Below are positions 8,505-17,803 of a stretch of 64,000 nucleotides of DNA, piece by piece (within the stretch, counting starts at the first letter, position 1; each line of letters begins with the position of its first letter). Under the pieces are notes generated by a model. It searched no databases. It had not been told where the DNA came from and was given only the letters and a program-made list of their open reading frames with translations. This DNA comes from a virus. Taxonomy: Duplodnaviria; Caudoviricetes. Made by a program: the position numbers and the translations under genes. The stretch is from IMG/VR virus record IMGVR_UViG_3300032038_000015, positions 67,992 to 131,991 of that record; one strand, given 5' to 3'.

Positions 8505-11500
8505 ATGAAAAATAATTTTGACAATTTTACAAATACTATTACTCAACCAGATATATTCTTATGTCATAGAAATTATGATGTCATTTGTCCTTTGACACCA
8601 ATTACAGATTTAAAAATATATGAAGCCGCAAATAGCTATGATGAGATTACCTTTTCATTTAATAAAGTGAACAATGGTGTTGAGTTTGAATATTGGGATA
8701 AATTAAAATCCTTGAAAGTTGTAAAGGTAAAGAATGCAGATGAAGAAAAATATTTTGAAATTGCTGTTGATGTTTCAGATGAAGAAAGCACTGTAAAAAA
8801 TATTACAGGTATTTCAATGGAGGGCGAATTGGCACAAATCTCTATAGGTACACTTTCTGTAAATGGTGAAACGGATAGAGATAATGATAGTAATTGGGAA
8901 AATAATACATATATTTCTACAGTTGTATATAAAGCAAGCGATACAAAACACAGTTTATTACATAGAATTTTAAGTTATGCTCCACATTGGAAAATTGGAC
9001 ACGTAGATAGCCACGTAACAGATTCAAACACAAATCAATTAGTTGAGACTTCTAGCGTTGTTAGAACTTTTGAATTTTCGAATACAAATGTATATGATGC
9101 ATTACAGGAAGTTGCCAAAGAATTAGATGTTGTGTTTACATTTGATTCAAAAACAAGAAGTGTTAATATGTATGATCTCAATACAGTTGGTGAAGATACT
9201 ACTGTTTTTGTGAACAAGGAAAATTTAGCAAATAGCTTTACATGTTCTAGTAATAAAGACAGCATTAAAAACTGTTTTAAGGTAACAGGTGGAGATGATT
9301 TAATCAACTCCTATGTACGTTCTGTAAATCCAAATGGTTCAGAATATATTTATTATATTTCAAAAGATCAGCGTGAGGATATGTCCGATGAACTAGTTGC
9401 CAAATTGGATGCATATGACACATTATACGAAAGCAAAAAAACAGGATATGAAAATGCCTGTGCAGAAATGTTTGCTGCGATTGATAATATTCAAAAATAC
9501 ACAAACACCCTTGCGCCTCAAAGAACAGATGCTGATACCACTGCTCTCGATGAATACAATAAATTAAAAAACATTACAAGCGTATATGTTCAGTCTAAGA
9601 AAAATTTGTTGCAAAAAGGTGTAGAAAAGGCAATCCTTACTCTTGCACAGATTACAGTAGATTACAGATATACAGTTACAATTCAGGACGAAGATACTTA
9701 TGATGAAGTTAATTCTGTATGGACAGGTAAATTTAAGGTTGTTAATGAAAGCAATAGTGAAGACGTTGTTGTGGGAACAGATGACGTTACTATTTCAATT
9801 CTTGAGGACGAAAAAACATCTTTGCAAAATCAGATTGACAAGTTGATTGGTGATGGTGATTTTGAAGATGCTACTGTTGATGAATTAAAGGAAAAATATA
9901 TAGACAAAGATCCGAAAGATTATGATTATTGTCAAGAACGATTACAAGAAATGTGGAAAGTTTATGCTGAATGTGCAAACGTTCTACTAGAAAAGGGATA
10001 TGCAGTTAAAAAAGATGATAATAAGTTTTATTCATTATATAGTGAATATCATCAAAAAGAACAGATTTTGTCTACAGCTTATTTGAATATGACAAATTAT
10101 ATAGAAAGCCTTGAAAAGGTAAAGGAAGAAAAGGCAAAGCAAGTAAATGCATATCATAACGAATTGGATTTTGTAAAATATTTGGGTGATAAATTATACA
10201 AAGAGTTTTGCTGTTATCGTAGAGAAGATGTGTATGAAAATAGCAATTACATTTCAGATGGGTTATCTGATAAGGAAGCTATAGAAAAGGCTAAAACACT
10301 TGTTGAAGTGGCTACAAAGGAGTTATATAAAGCGAGTTTATTCCAATACACTTATACCGCTAATCTTAATAATTTATTCAATAATAGCATATTTAAGCCT
10401 TTCTGGGAACACTTTGCACTCTTTAATTGGATAAGAGCCGAAGTCGATGAAAGAGTGATTTCATTGCGTTTAATTGGCATAACTTACGACTATGCAAATC
10501 CAGACAAGATTGAAGTTGAGTTTTCGGAACAGGTTAGAAACGCAAACGGAATTACAGATTTGGAGAGTATTCTAAATCAAGCTAAGTCAATGGCTACAAG
10601 CTACTCTTCTACTGCTAAACAAGCCAGCCAAGGTGCTGAAAGCTACTCTGATTTCAAAACATTAAAAGAAGAAGGTCTAAACTCTGCTCTAATGAACATT
10701 AAAAACTCTAACAACGAAGAGGTAACAGTTGATGGGCGTGGAATTAACTGTAGAAGTAAGGACATAAATGATGATTATGACCAATGCCAGCTAAGAATTA
10801 CAGGAAAAAATATTGTCATGACGGATGATGATTGGAATAGTGCTAGACTTGCTATTGGAAGAGGATTGTTTAATGGACAGGAAAAATATGGAGTATGGTG
10901 CGACGTTCTCGTGGGGGATATTGTTGCGTCTGAAACACTAATGATTTCCAATGGCTCGAAAACTTTTATTGTGGACAAAGATGGCATTATTGTAAATAAC
11001 ATGAAGTTAGATATGTATAGTGCAGATAAAAAACACAGACTTCTAATTGATCCAAATTTAAAATCCATGTTTAATATTTACAACGAGGACAAGCAGGTAT
11101 TCTTTATTGATGCGAATGGCAATGTCACTATGAAGGGGAATCTCTATATAAACAATGGGAACACTTATCTTAAAGCTGATTTGGATGATGAAAACATTAT
11201 TGAAGTTGGTTATGGAGAAATTGAGGATACAGGCAATGATGGTGAGATTGACAAACCTGACATAGAATATGTAACACAAGAATGGTATAGAAGCTCCGAT
11301 GCTTTGAATATGCTGAATTATGCATGGGATAGCGGTGGAAATTATTCAAGCGCAAGTGATTTCGATTATTATAATTATTACAAGAATATGTATTTTGGAA
11401 ACAACAACGTAACAATAAAGAATGGCGTAGTATACATGATACATGATGGTACAATTAGAAAATTTGATAAGGATAAAAATACATGGAATTTTATAGATGA

Positions 11501-14500
11501 AGTTGACAATGACGGAAGTTTTACTCCAATTTTTGTTGAAAATGATAGAGATGATAATTGTTTGTATATTTTTAAGCACAATGGAAGTGCTTTATGTTAT
11601 TCATTATATGCTTATAATTTAGAAAGCAATAAGTTATATGAAATATGGAAAAATCACACTAATTCTACAGCTACCCGTTCTAAAATTTCCTCAGCTATTA
11701 TAATAAACAATACATTCTATACTTTTTCTAATTCAAAAACTACTGATACTGCTCCGATAAAAGTAGCTATCCCTTATTCACAAGATGGTATATACACAGA
11801 TGTTTCTACTGAAGCCGTAAAAAGCAATTATATCAGTAGCACCTATACCCTTAGTAACTTTGTATTTTATAATAATGAGATATATTGTATGAGATTTAAT
11901 TTTTCATCATATATGGCAGATTTGTGTAAGGTTATAGACATAGAAACACAAAAGGTAAAAATTTTAGTAAGTGACATATGTTCAATAAGAAACCCGTATA
12001 CTGATAGGAATTATTGGTATTTTAATAATTTTTCTTGTTTTATACATAAAGAGAAATTATTTATTATACCTTTTGTAAAAAATAAAAATAAAAACTATTA
12101 TATATATGATTTTTCAAAAAACGAAATAATTACAAAAACAAACCTACCTCCTTTAGAGTGTGGAGATTATCACAATAGTAGCAGTTATAGGGTGTCGTTT
12201 AATGGATGTCTTGCATTCTCAGATGGTGAAAATATCCATCTGTATAATGATACTAACGTTTATTTTTACGAAAGTGGAATAAATGAAAATAGATACTGTC
12301 TATTTCATTATGTTTATAATGAAAATAATAAAGCTTCTGTAGCCAAAAGTTTTAAAGAAGAAACGAATGGTAAAAATTTCATAAATACTCTGCAATGTGG
12401 ATATATTACAATTGGAGATAAAATATATTCATGTAATTCAACAAACTGTTTCAATGTTTATGGTAATACCACAAATAAAATTTTATGTTTAGATACTTCA
12501 AAAGAAAATGCAGAATGGGAAACTGTCTATGAAAATTCAAGTTCTAAAATCAATTATCTTATTCAATCTAATGCTAAGGATAAGGTTTATTTCTGTTATA
12601 ACCCACAAAGTAATCATGATCTTGTTTATTTAGCTTATTATGACGTTAACACAAATAAAATAATGTATTTAAAAGAAGATGGTACATATATTGATGATAA
12701 AAGTCAGGCGTATACACCTAATGATATAAGCTGGTGGGGGGGCTTCGGATATATAGACGATGATGAACAAATGGTATATGGTATATCCAAAGGTTCTTAT
12801 TATAGAGCATATAAAATTGTAAATGGATGCGTGTCTGATAAATTTGTTTACCAAAAACAACTCAACTACAACGTTGTTTCTAACGTAGTTTTCAAGAATA
12901 ATGCTTTCTATTATTTAGCAGAGGTGAATTCAGAACAATACTCATTATATAAATTAGACTTAGACGGTACAGAACAAAAGCTTACAGAAGTTATAGTTGG
13001 AAATGATTATAATAAAGAGTTTGGTTTTAGTATCTTTTTGTATAATGACAAAATACAAGTATTTCACTCATATCGAGGTGTTTTATCTAAAGATAGATAT
13101 GTTTATAATCTAGTAACTAGTAAACTAGATAAATATTCAGATGTATTTCAAGATTTTGGTTTGTATATTATTGATACATCATATAACATTTCCTCTGGTA
13201 TCTCATCTGGTAAGCGTACAATTTTCTTGCCTATGATACCTACGGAAAATAATGGCGTTCACATTTTCGTTGGTTATCCATTTTTTCTTGGTGATGAATA
13301 TAACAACGGTGGTTACAAACATTATGTCTATACAGAAAAAACTACTGAACCTGATAATCCAGATTTACCAAACATTCCTAATCCTACAGACAAAATATTC
13401 TACATAACAAATAAGGGTGACGCATATTTGTACGGAAATGTATATGCTAAAGATGGAATATTCAGAGGTGATATATATGCTAGAAGCCTTACATTAGGTT
13501 CTGATGTATCAATAGATACATCTAAAATTACAGGTCTTGATGATAAATTAAATGACATTAAGAGTGATTTCAATGGTGTCACAGATGATTTAAAAAACGT
13601 CGTATACAAGGGTGACATTGTTACTACGACAGAAAAATTAGATAATGGTGTAATCAAAACAACAAGTCGTGTACCTACTGGCGTTGATGCAGATGGCAAT
13701 GTAACGTATGAGGATAGTGTAACTTATACAAGTGCAGACGGTAACTACGTTTTGACTGATGTTGGTCTGGGTGATAAGGAAAAGGAAAACGGAAGTTATA
13801 CAATCATTAGCAAAGATGGGTTACTTGAAGCTTTAAATGCTAAAATTAGTGGTACAGTTTATGCCAACGCAGGTAAATTCGGTGGTTGGGATATTGGTAA
13901 AAATGGTCTAAAATCGGAACTGTTTGATGACGCTTCTAATACGAATGGTATTAGGTTAGATTCAAACGGAGAAATTCGTTCAAAGGGTTCATTGTACTCT
14001 TCTCTCGACAATGATGGTTCGGAAGGATGGTTTGCTAGGTTACTTAGTGGTAAATGGATATTTGGCTATTATGACAGTACACAATCTGATCCATTTATTC
14101 CTCCTTCTGAAACTCCTTATTCTGATATTTCTGTAAATGGCATTTATATGTGCTCAAAAGAAGCAATCCAAAATAAAGATACACGTTATCTGTTCGAGGT
14201 GAACACATTAAACGATACGGTTAATATTACAAACAGTTCTAAGACAAGCCCAGCTCTTACGATTACAAATAGCTATTATGATAGCGTGGGTGGATATGAT
14301 GCACCTGCTTTAGTCCTGCATAGTCCAAAGCAAGGATATAGAAACAGACCTTTGGATGTAAGGTTAAAGGTTACAGGTAAATTACTTGGAACAGATCAAA
14401 CAGTTAATGCACAATATTCTGTCGCATTGTTTGGAGAGGAACAGTTAGGACGTATTATTTTCAGAAGTAATACTTTTGATACTACTTCTTCTCCTGTCGG

Positions 14501-15041
14501 AAACACTGTTTCTGACACTTCTTCTAACCCTACCGTACCTAGCATTTTAGGTTCTGATACGTTTAGATGGTATCAAGGATATTTCATGGAATTGTACTCA
14601 AAGAATGGTGTAAATACATCCTCTGATAAAAAGATTAAAAATCATATTGGATATATGAACACAGATAAATCTTTAGAATTCGTAAATGATTTAAAGCCTG
14701 TGGAATATACCTTAAAGGATAATGCTAACGGAAGGAAACATATGGGATTTTATGCACAGGATGTAAAACAAACTGCCGATAACTTAGAATTAGGTAATAT
14801 GTCTTTGTATTCTGCTGTATGGAATAAGGATGGAAATGAGAAATATTATTCCGCTGAAGCCCCTGACAAGGAGTTGAATTGGAGTTTAAAATACGAGGAA
14901 TTTATCGCTCCACTTGTTGGTGCTGTGCAGGAATTAACTAAACGTGACAAAGAAAACAAAGAAAGAATTAGTAAGCTTGAAGATACGGTTCAGGATTTAG
15001 TGAGTGAACTGAAATCACTGAAAGAACAATTGAATAAATAA
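8505..15041 (+). CDS. Tail tip/fibre protein with internal beta-propeller-like domains and C-terminal intramolecular chaperone (peptidase S74-like)
   Basis: N-terminal Tal-like region. C-terminal SSDKKIKN..LKPVEY..HMGFYAQDV..YEEFIAPLVGAVQEL followed by a coiled coil. Confidence 0.85.
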   Translation: MKNNFDNFTNTITQPDIFLCHRNYDVICPLTPITDLKIYEAANSYDEITFSFNKVNNGVEFEYWDKLKSLKVVKVKNADEEKYFEIAVDVSDEESTVKNITGISMEGELAQISIGTLSVNGETDRDNDSNWENNTYISTVVYKASDTKHSLLHRILSYAPHWKIGHVDSHVTDSNTNQLVETSSVVRTFEFSNTNVYDALQEVAKELDVVFTFDSKTRSVNMYDLNTVGEDTTVFVNKENLANSFTCSSNKDSIKNCFKVTGGDDLINSYVRSVNPNGSEYIYYISKDQREDMSDELVAKLDAYDTLYESKKTGYENACAEMFAAIDNIQKYTNTLAPQRTDADTTALDEYNKLKNITSVYVQSKKNLLQKGVEKAILTLAQITVDYRYTVTIQDEDTYDEVNSVWTGKFKVVNESNSEDVVVGTDDVTISILEDEKTSLQNQIDKLIGDGDFEDATVDELKEKYIDKDPKDYDYCQERLQEMWKVYAECANVLLEKGYAVKKDDNKFYSLYSEYHQKEQILSTAYLNMTNYIESLEKVKEEKAKQVNAYHNELDFVKYLGDKLYKEFCCYRREDVYENSNYISDGLSDKEAIEKAKTLVEVATKELYKASLFQYTYTANLNNLFNNSIFKPFWEHFALFNWIRAEVDERVISLRLIGITYDYANPDKIEVEFSEQVRNANGITDLESILNQAKSMATSYSSTAKQASQGAESYSDFKTLKEEGLNSALMNIKNSNNEEVTVDGRGINCRSKDINDDYDQCQLRITGKNIVMTDDDWNSARLAIGRGLFNGQEKYGVWCDVLVGDIVASETLMISNGSKTFIVDKDGIIVNNMKLDMYSADKKHRLLIDPNLKSMFNIYNEDKQVFFIDANGNVTMKGNLYINNGNTYLKADLDDENIIEVGYGEIEDTGNDGEIDKPDIEYVTQEWYRSSDALNMLNYAWDSGGNYSSASDFDYYNYYKNMYFGNNNVTIKNGVVYMIHDGTIRKFDKDKNTWNFIDEVDNDGSFTPIFVENDRDDNCLYIFKHNGSALCYSLYAYNLESNKLYEIWKNHTNSTATRSKISSAIIINNTFYTFSNSKTTDTAPIKVAIPYSQDGIYTDVSTEAVKSNYISSTYTLSNFVFYNNEIYCMRFNFSSYMADLCKVIDIETQKVKILVSDICSIRNPYTDRNYWYFNNFSCFIHKEKLFIIPFVKNKNKNYYIYDFSKNEIITKTNLPPLECGDYHNSSSYRVSFNGCLAFSDGENIHLYNDTNVYFYESGINENRYCLFHYVYNENNKASVAKSFKEETNGKNFINTLQCGYITIGDKIYSCNSTNCFNVYGNTTNKILCLDTSKENAEWETVYENSSSKINYLIQSNAKDKVYFCYNPQSNHDLVYLAYYDVNTNKIMYLKEDGTYIDDKSQAYTPNDISWWGGFGYIDDDEQMVYGISKGSYYRAYKIVNGCVSDKFVYQKQLNYNVVSNVVFKNNAFYYLAEVNSEQYSLYKLDLDGTEQKLTEVIVGNDYNKEFGFSIFLYNDKIQVFHSYRGVLSKDRYVYNLVTSKLDKYSDVFQDFGLYIIDTSYNISSGISSGKRTIFLPMIPTENNGVHIFVGYPFFLGDEYNNGGYKHYVYTEKTTEPDNPDLPNIPNPTDKIFYITNKGDAYLYGNVYAKDGIFRGDIYARSLTLGSDVSIDTSKITGLDDKLNDIKSDFNGVTDDLKNVVYKGDIVTTTEKLDNGVIKTTSRVPTGVDADGNVTYEDSVTYTSADGNYVLTDVGLGDKEKENGSYTIISKDGLLEALNAKISGTVYANAGKFGGWDIGKNGLKSELFDDASNTNGIRLDSNGEIRSKGSLYSSLDNDGSEGWFARLLSGKWIFGYYDSTQSDPFIPPSETPYSDISVNGIYMCSKEAIQNKDTRYLFEVNTLNDTVNITNSSKTSPALTITNSYYDSVGGYDAPALVLHSPKQGYRNRPLDVRLKVTGKLLGTDQTVNAQYSVALFGEEQLGRIIFRSNTFDTTSSPVGNTVSDTSSNPTVPSILGSDTFRWYQGYFMELYSKNGVNTSSDKKIKNHIGYMNTDKSLEFVNDLKPVEYTLKDNANGRKHMGFYAQDVKQTADNLELGNMSLYSAVWNKDGNEKYYSAEAPDKELNWSLKYEEFIAPLVGAVQELTKRDKENKERISKLEDTVQDLVSELKSLKEQLNK

Positions 15042-15078
15042 ATGTACAAATAACCTAATAAACAATAAAGAATATATT

Positions 15079-15121
15079 ATAGGGATAGTTGAGTTTAATT
15101 ACTCTTCTATCCCTATTTTTT
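15079..15121 (+). terminator. Terminator between convergent tail and integrase genes
   Basis: ATAGGGATAG...CTATCCCTAT followed by a T run. Confidence 0.75.
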
Positions 15122-15129
15122 ACGATTTT

Positions 15130-15357
15130 TTATTTATTGAGATTATTGAATATATTTACTGTATTTGCTTTATTCTTTTCGAACACATGAATATATCTCT
15201 TCCATGTTACGTCTGAAGATGAATGCCCCAAAAGTTTAGAGACAGTGTATAAATTTTGCTCATCTTCGTTCACTAACACAGATGCAAATGAATGTCTTAA
15301 TTCGTGTGATGTTACATGTGGTAATCCTGCTCTTCTGCACATGTAATCAAGAGTTGC
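15130..15357 (-). pseudogene. Tyrosine integrase, C-terminal fragment only
   Basis: HELRHSFAS, LLGHSS and catalytic Tyr (RYIH). No N-terminal portion and no RBS. Confidence 0.85.
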
Positions 15358-15363
15358 AAATGG

Positions 15364-15426
15364 TTTACTACAGTTTACTACAATTTGAATAAATGTTATA
15401 AAAACTTACTACAATTTTACTACAAT
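15364..15426. repeat. Two pairs of tandem TTACTACA repeats (putative integrase arm-type sites)
   Basis: TTTACTACAG-TTTACTACAA and CTTACTACAAT-TTTACTACAAT between xis and the int stub. Confidence 0.6.
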
Positions 15427-15434
15427 ATAAAATA

Positions 15435-15478
15435 AAAGAGATTACCATAAGTAATAATGACTTTATGGCAATCTCTTT
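15435..15478 (-). terminator. Terminator downstream of excisionase
   Basis: AAAGAGATTACCATAA...TTATGGCAATCTCTTT stem with T-rich tail on the - strand. Confidence 0.65.
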
Positions 15479-15482
15479 CTTA

Positions 15483-15659
15483 TTATAAATATATTTCAGA
15501 ATTTGTTACATTTTTAATCCATTTGTTGTAGGCAGATAAGGGTACAATATATTTTCTACCTATTTTAATAGAAGGAAAACTTTCTAATTTGAATAGTTTA
15601 TATGCAGTCGTCTTACTCTCTATGTGTAAATTTTCCATAACATCTTCTACTGTTAGCAT
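15483..15659 (-). CDS. Excisionase-like HTH protein (start uncertain)
   Basis: MLTVEDV..TAYKL..FPSIKIGRKYIVP..YNKW, an HTH_17 pattern. Confidence 0.75.
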   Translation of the reverse strand: MLTVEDVMENLHIESKTTAYKLFKLESFPSIKIGRKYIVPLSAYNKWIKNVTNSEIYL

Positions 15660-15684
15660 TGTTTCGAGATTATTTGTTTTATTT

Positions 15685-16113
15685 TTATATCCCTGTACTT
15701 CCAATTCCACCACGACTTTCTTCATCCAAATGTTCCACCTCTACGAATTCAATATCTGGCTGAATTTTTTGAATTTCAAACTGACAAATTCTATCATTCT
15801 TATGAACGACTGTGTCTTTTAATGCTATTGCAGGGAACATCCACTGATCTGAATCACCACTGTACGAATTGTCTACCTGACCAACTGAGTTCGCCATAAT
15901 GATACCAAAGTTCTTATATGTGCTGCTACGTGGATATACATTAGCTTTATATCCATCTGGTAACTTCATTCCAACTCCCAACGGAATTAAATGAAATTCA
16001 CCTTTCTTCAGTTCTACTGTTTCGGCACTTCTAAGGTCAATTAAATCTCCCTGGGTGAATTTTTCTACTTTATCAATCTCATTGTCAAAATATTTAATTT
16101 TAATTGTCTTCAT
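15685..16113 (-). CDS. dut: Trimeric dUTPase
   Basis: Motifs [34 protein letters not shown] before ATG at 16113. Confidence 0.92.
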   Translation of the reverse strand: MKTIKIKYFDNEIDKVEKFTQGDLIDLRSAETVELKKGEFHLIPLGVGMKLPDGYKANVYPRSSTYKNFGIIMANSVGQVDNSYSGDSDQWMFPAIALKDTVVHKNDRICQFEIQKIQPDIEFVEVEHLDEESRGGIGSTGI

Positions 16114-16335
16114 TTTTATATTCTCCAATCTATTTTTATAATTGTTCATCTGTATTTTACGCAAATCACCCATTTAGCAATCTTCCTTCTTGTTTTTATA
16201 TTGATTTGCTATATCCGCAAGAATAATCTTTATCTGAAATTCACGCAAACAGATTTCATGATAATTCTCACATCTTTTCATGACTTCTTCTATCTCTTTT
16301 TCTAGCTGCAAAAAACTTACATCGCCCATAATGTA

Positions 16336-16972
16336 TCATCCTTTCTCAATCTCTTTGTGTAAATAGTTAATGTATTCGTTCCATTTACCAATCGAGTGAA
16401 TATACTCTTTTGATTTCAGACATTTCTTTTTCATATCTGCTTTAATATTCTCTATTGGGTTCTTCTTAGTTGCTAATAATTTGATAAAATTGTTTGTGCT
16501 ATGTGTTAGGGTTAAAATGCGTTCCTGTGGAATTTTAGCGACTATTTGTTTATACATATCTAAATCTTTGTCTGGAATAATATAAGTGCATTTTGGTAGG
16601 TTTTTAGATGAAAAAGGACTAATGCCAGCACCAGATGTTTTTGGTTTTAATAGTGGAATAATCTTGCTTGAATTACCATACTTGAATTTGAATAAAACTT
16701 CTGTATCAGTTTCTTCTATATTAAATATGGTTGACGGATTAGTTTGTTGAATTGCTTTTAGAACATTATGACCTCTTCCAAGTGAAGGAATATAAGCTTG
16801 TAGAATATCTCGACCATAATGGAATATTTTATTTCCGTATTGGCAGTCTATATAAACATCTACATCTTCTAATGTACCATTTAGTTTTCTAGGAAAATCG
16901 TTTGTAGTTAGGTCGTAAGGTGCTTTCAAGCGATATTTCCCTTTAAATTTATCTACTAAATAACTCGTTCAT
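16336..16972 (-). CDS. Hypothetical protein with apparent +1 frameshift right after the start
   Basis: RBS GAGGTG + ATG at 16972 is one base out of frame with the 197-aa ORF. Confidence 0.55.
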
Positions 16973-16981
16973 ATCACCTCT

Positions 16982-17263
16982 TTAATATTCTTCATAATAG
17001 GTTTCTTGGCTCACATTTTTCTTTTTATGTTTTTCAGCTTCTTTTACTTTGGCAAGACATTCTTTCCTATCTTTAAAGACAGTTCCTTTGTCGAAACTTT
17101 TATAAGAAAACAGGTGTGCTCGTTTTGTTTTGTCCTCTAATCCAACGTAATAATCATCTTCTACTGTGCGAATTTTTAATTCACATACTTCATATAAGCC
17201 AAGATTAGGCATTATACGTGCATAATATACTTTATCTCCTTTATGTAAATCATCTTTAGTCAC
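16982..17263 (-). CDS. Hypothetical protein
   Basis: ORF overlapping the nrdG stop, in operon orientation. Confidence 0.7.
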   Translation of the reverse strand: MTKDDLHKGDKVYYARIMPNLGLYEVCELKIRTVEDDYYVGLEDKTKRAHLFSYKSFDKGTVFKDRKECLAKVKEAEKHKKKNVSQETYYEEY

Positions 17264-17801
17264 AATATAAGACCACCTTTCCTTGTTTGAGAGTTTCTGG
17301 AATCGAAATAACTCGTTGATTCTTGCTGCCCCGCCACTTCAATGTTACATCTCTTTGCTCATCTATATATCTTCCATCTACAACTACATCACATGATTTA
17401 ATAATTTCTCTACGCTTGAAATTGTCCATTCCATCTTGTGATATAGTTGATGCTTGTCCTCGAAAGATTTCTGAAAAAGAATATCCTGTATATAGCCAGA
17501 TTGTTTTTTCAGGAAAAGAAATACGGATTTCTTTAATTAGAGACAAGACTTCATCGAGGTTTCGTTCCGCTAAAGGTTCGCCCCCTAGAATAGAAATTCG
17601 ATTAATATATGGTCTATCAATAAGCGTTATAAATTTATTTTTTGTTTCTTCTGTCCATTCTTTACCACCATTAAAATCCCATGTTTCTGTATTAAAGCAG
17701 TTTTTACAGTGTGGATTTCTGTCACATCCTTGAACAAACAGGGCGACTCCAATATTCGCCCCGTTGCTAATATCAAGGTTACGTATACTCGCATACCTCA
17801 T
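17256..17801 (-). CDS. nrdG: Anaerobic ribonucleotide reductase activase
   Basis: LFVQGC..HCKNCFN radical SAM motif, LGGEP, DGRY, WRGSKNQR. Adjacent to nrdD. Confidence 0.95.
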   Translation of the reverse strand: MRYASIRNLDISNGANIGVALFVQGCDRNPHCKNCFNTETWDFNGGKEWTEETKNKFITLIDRPYINRISILGGEPLAERNLDEVLSLIKEIRISFPEKTIWLYTGYSFSEIFRGQASTISQDGMDNFKRREIIKSCDVVVDGRYIDEQRDVTLKWRGSKNQRVISIPETLKQGKVVLYCD

Positions 17802-17803
17802 AT

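Noticed and set aside
8505-15041. Diversity-generating retroelement target in the tail protein
   Set aside because: No reverse transcriptase and no template/variable repeat pair seen in the window.
15364-15426. Short repeats as a CRISPR array
   Set aside because: 8-10 bp units in tandem pairs without spacers; better explained as integrase arm sites.
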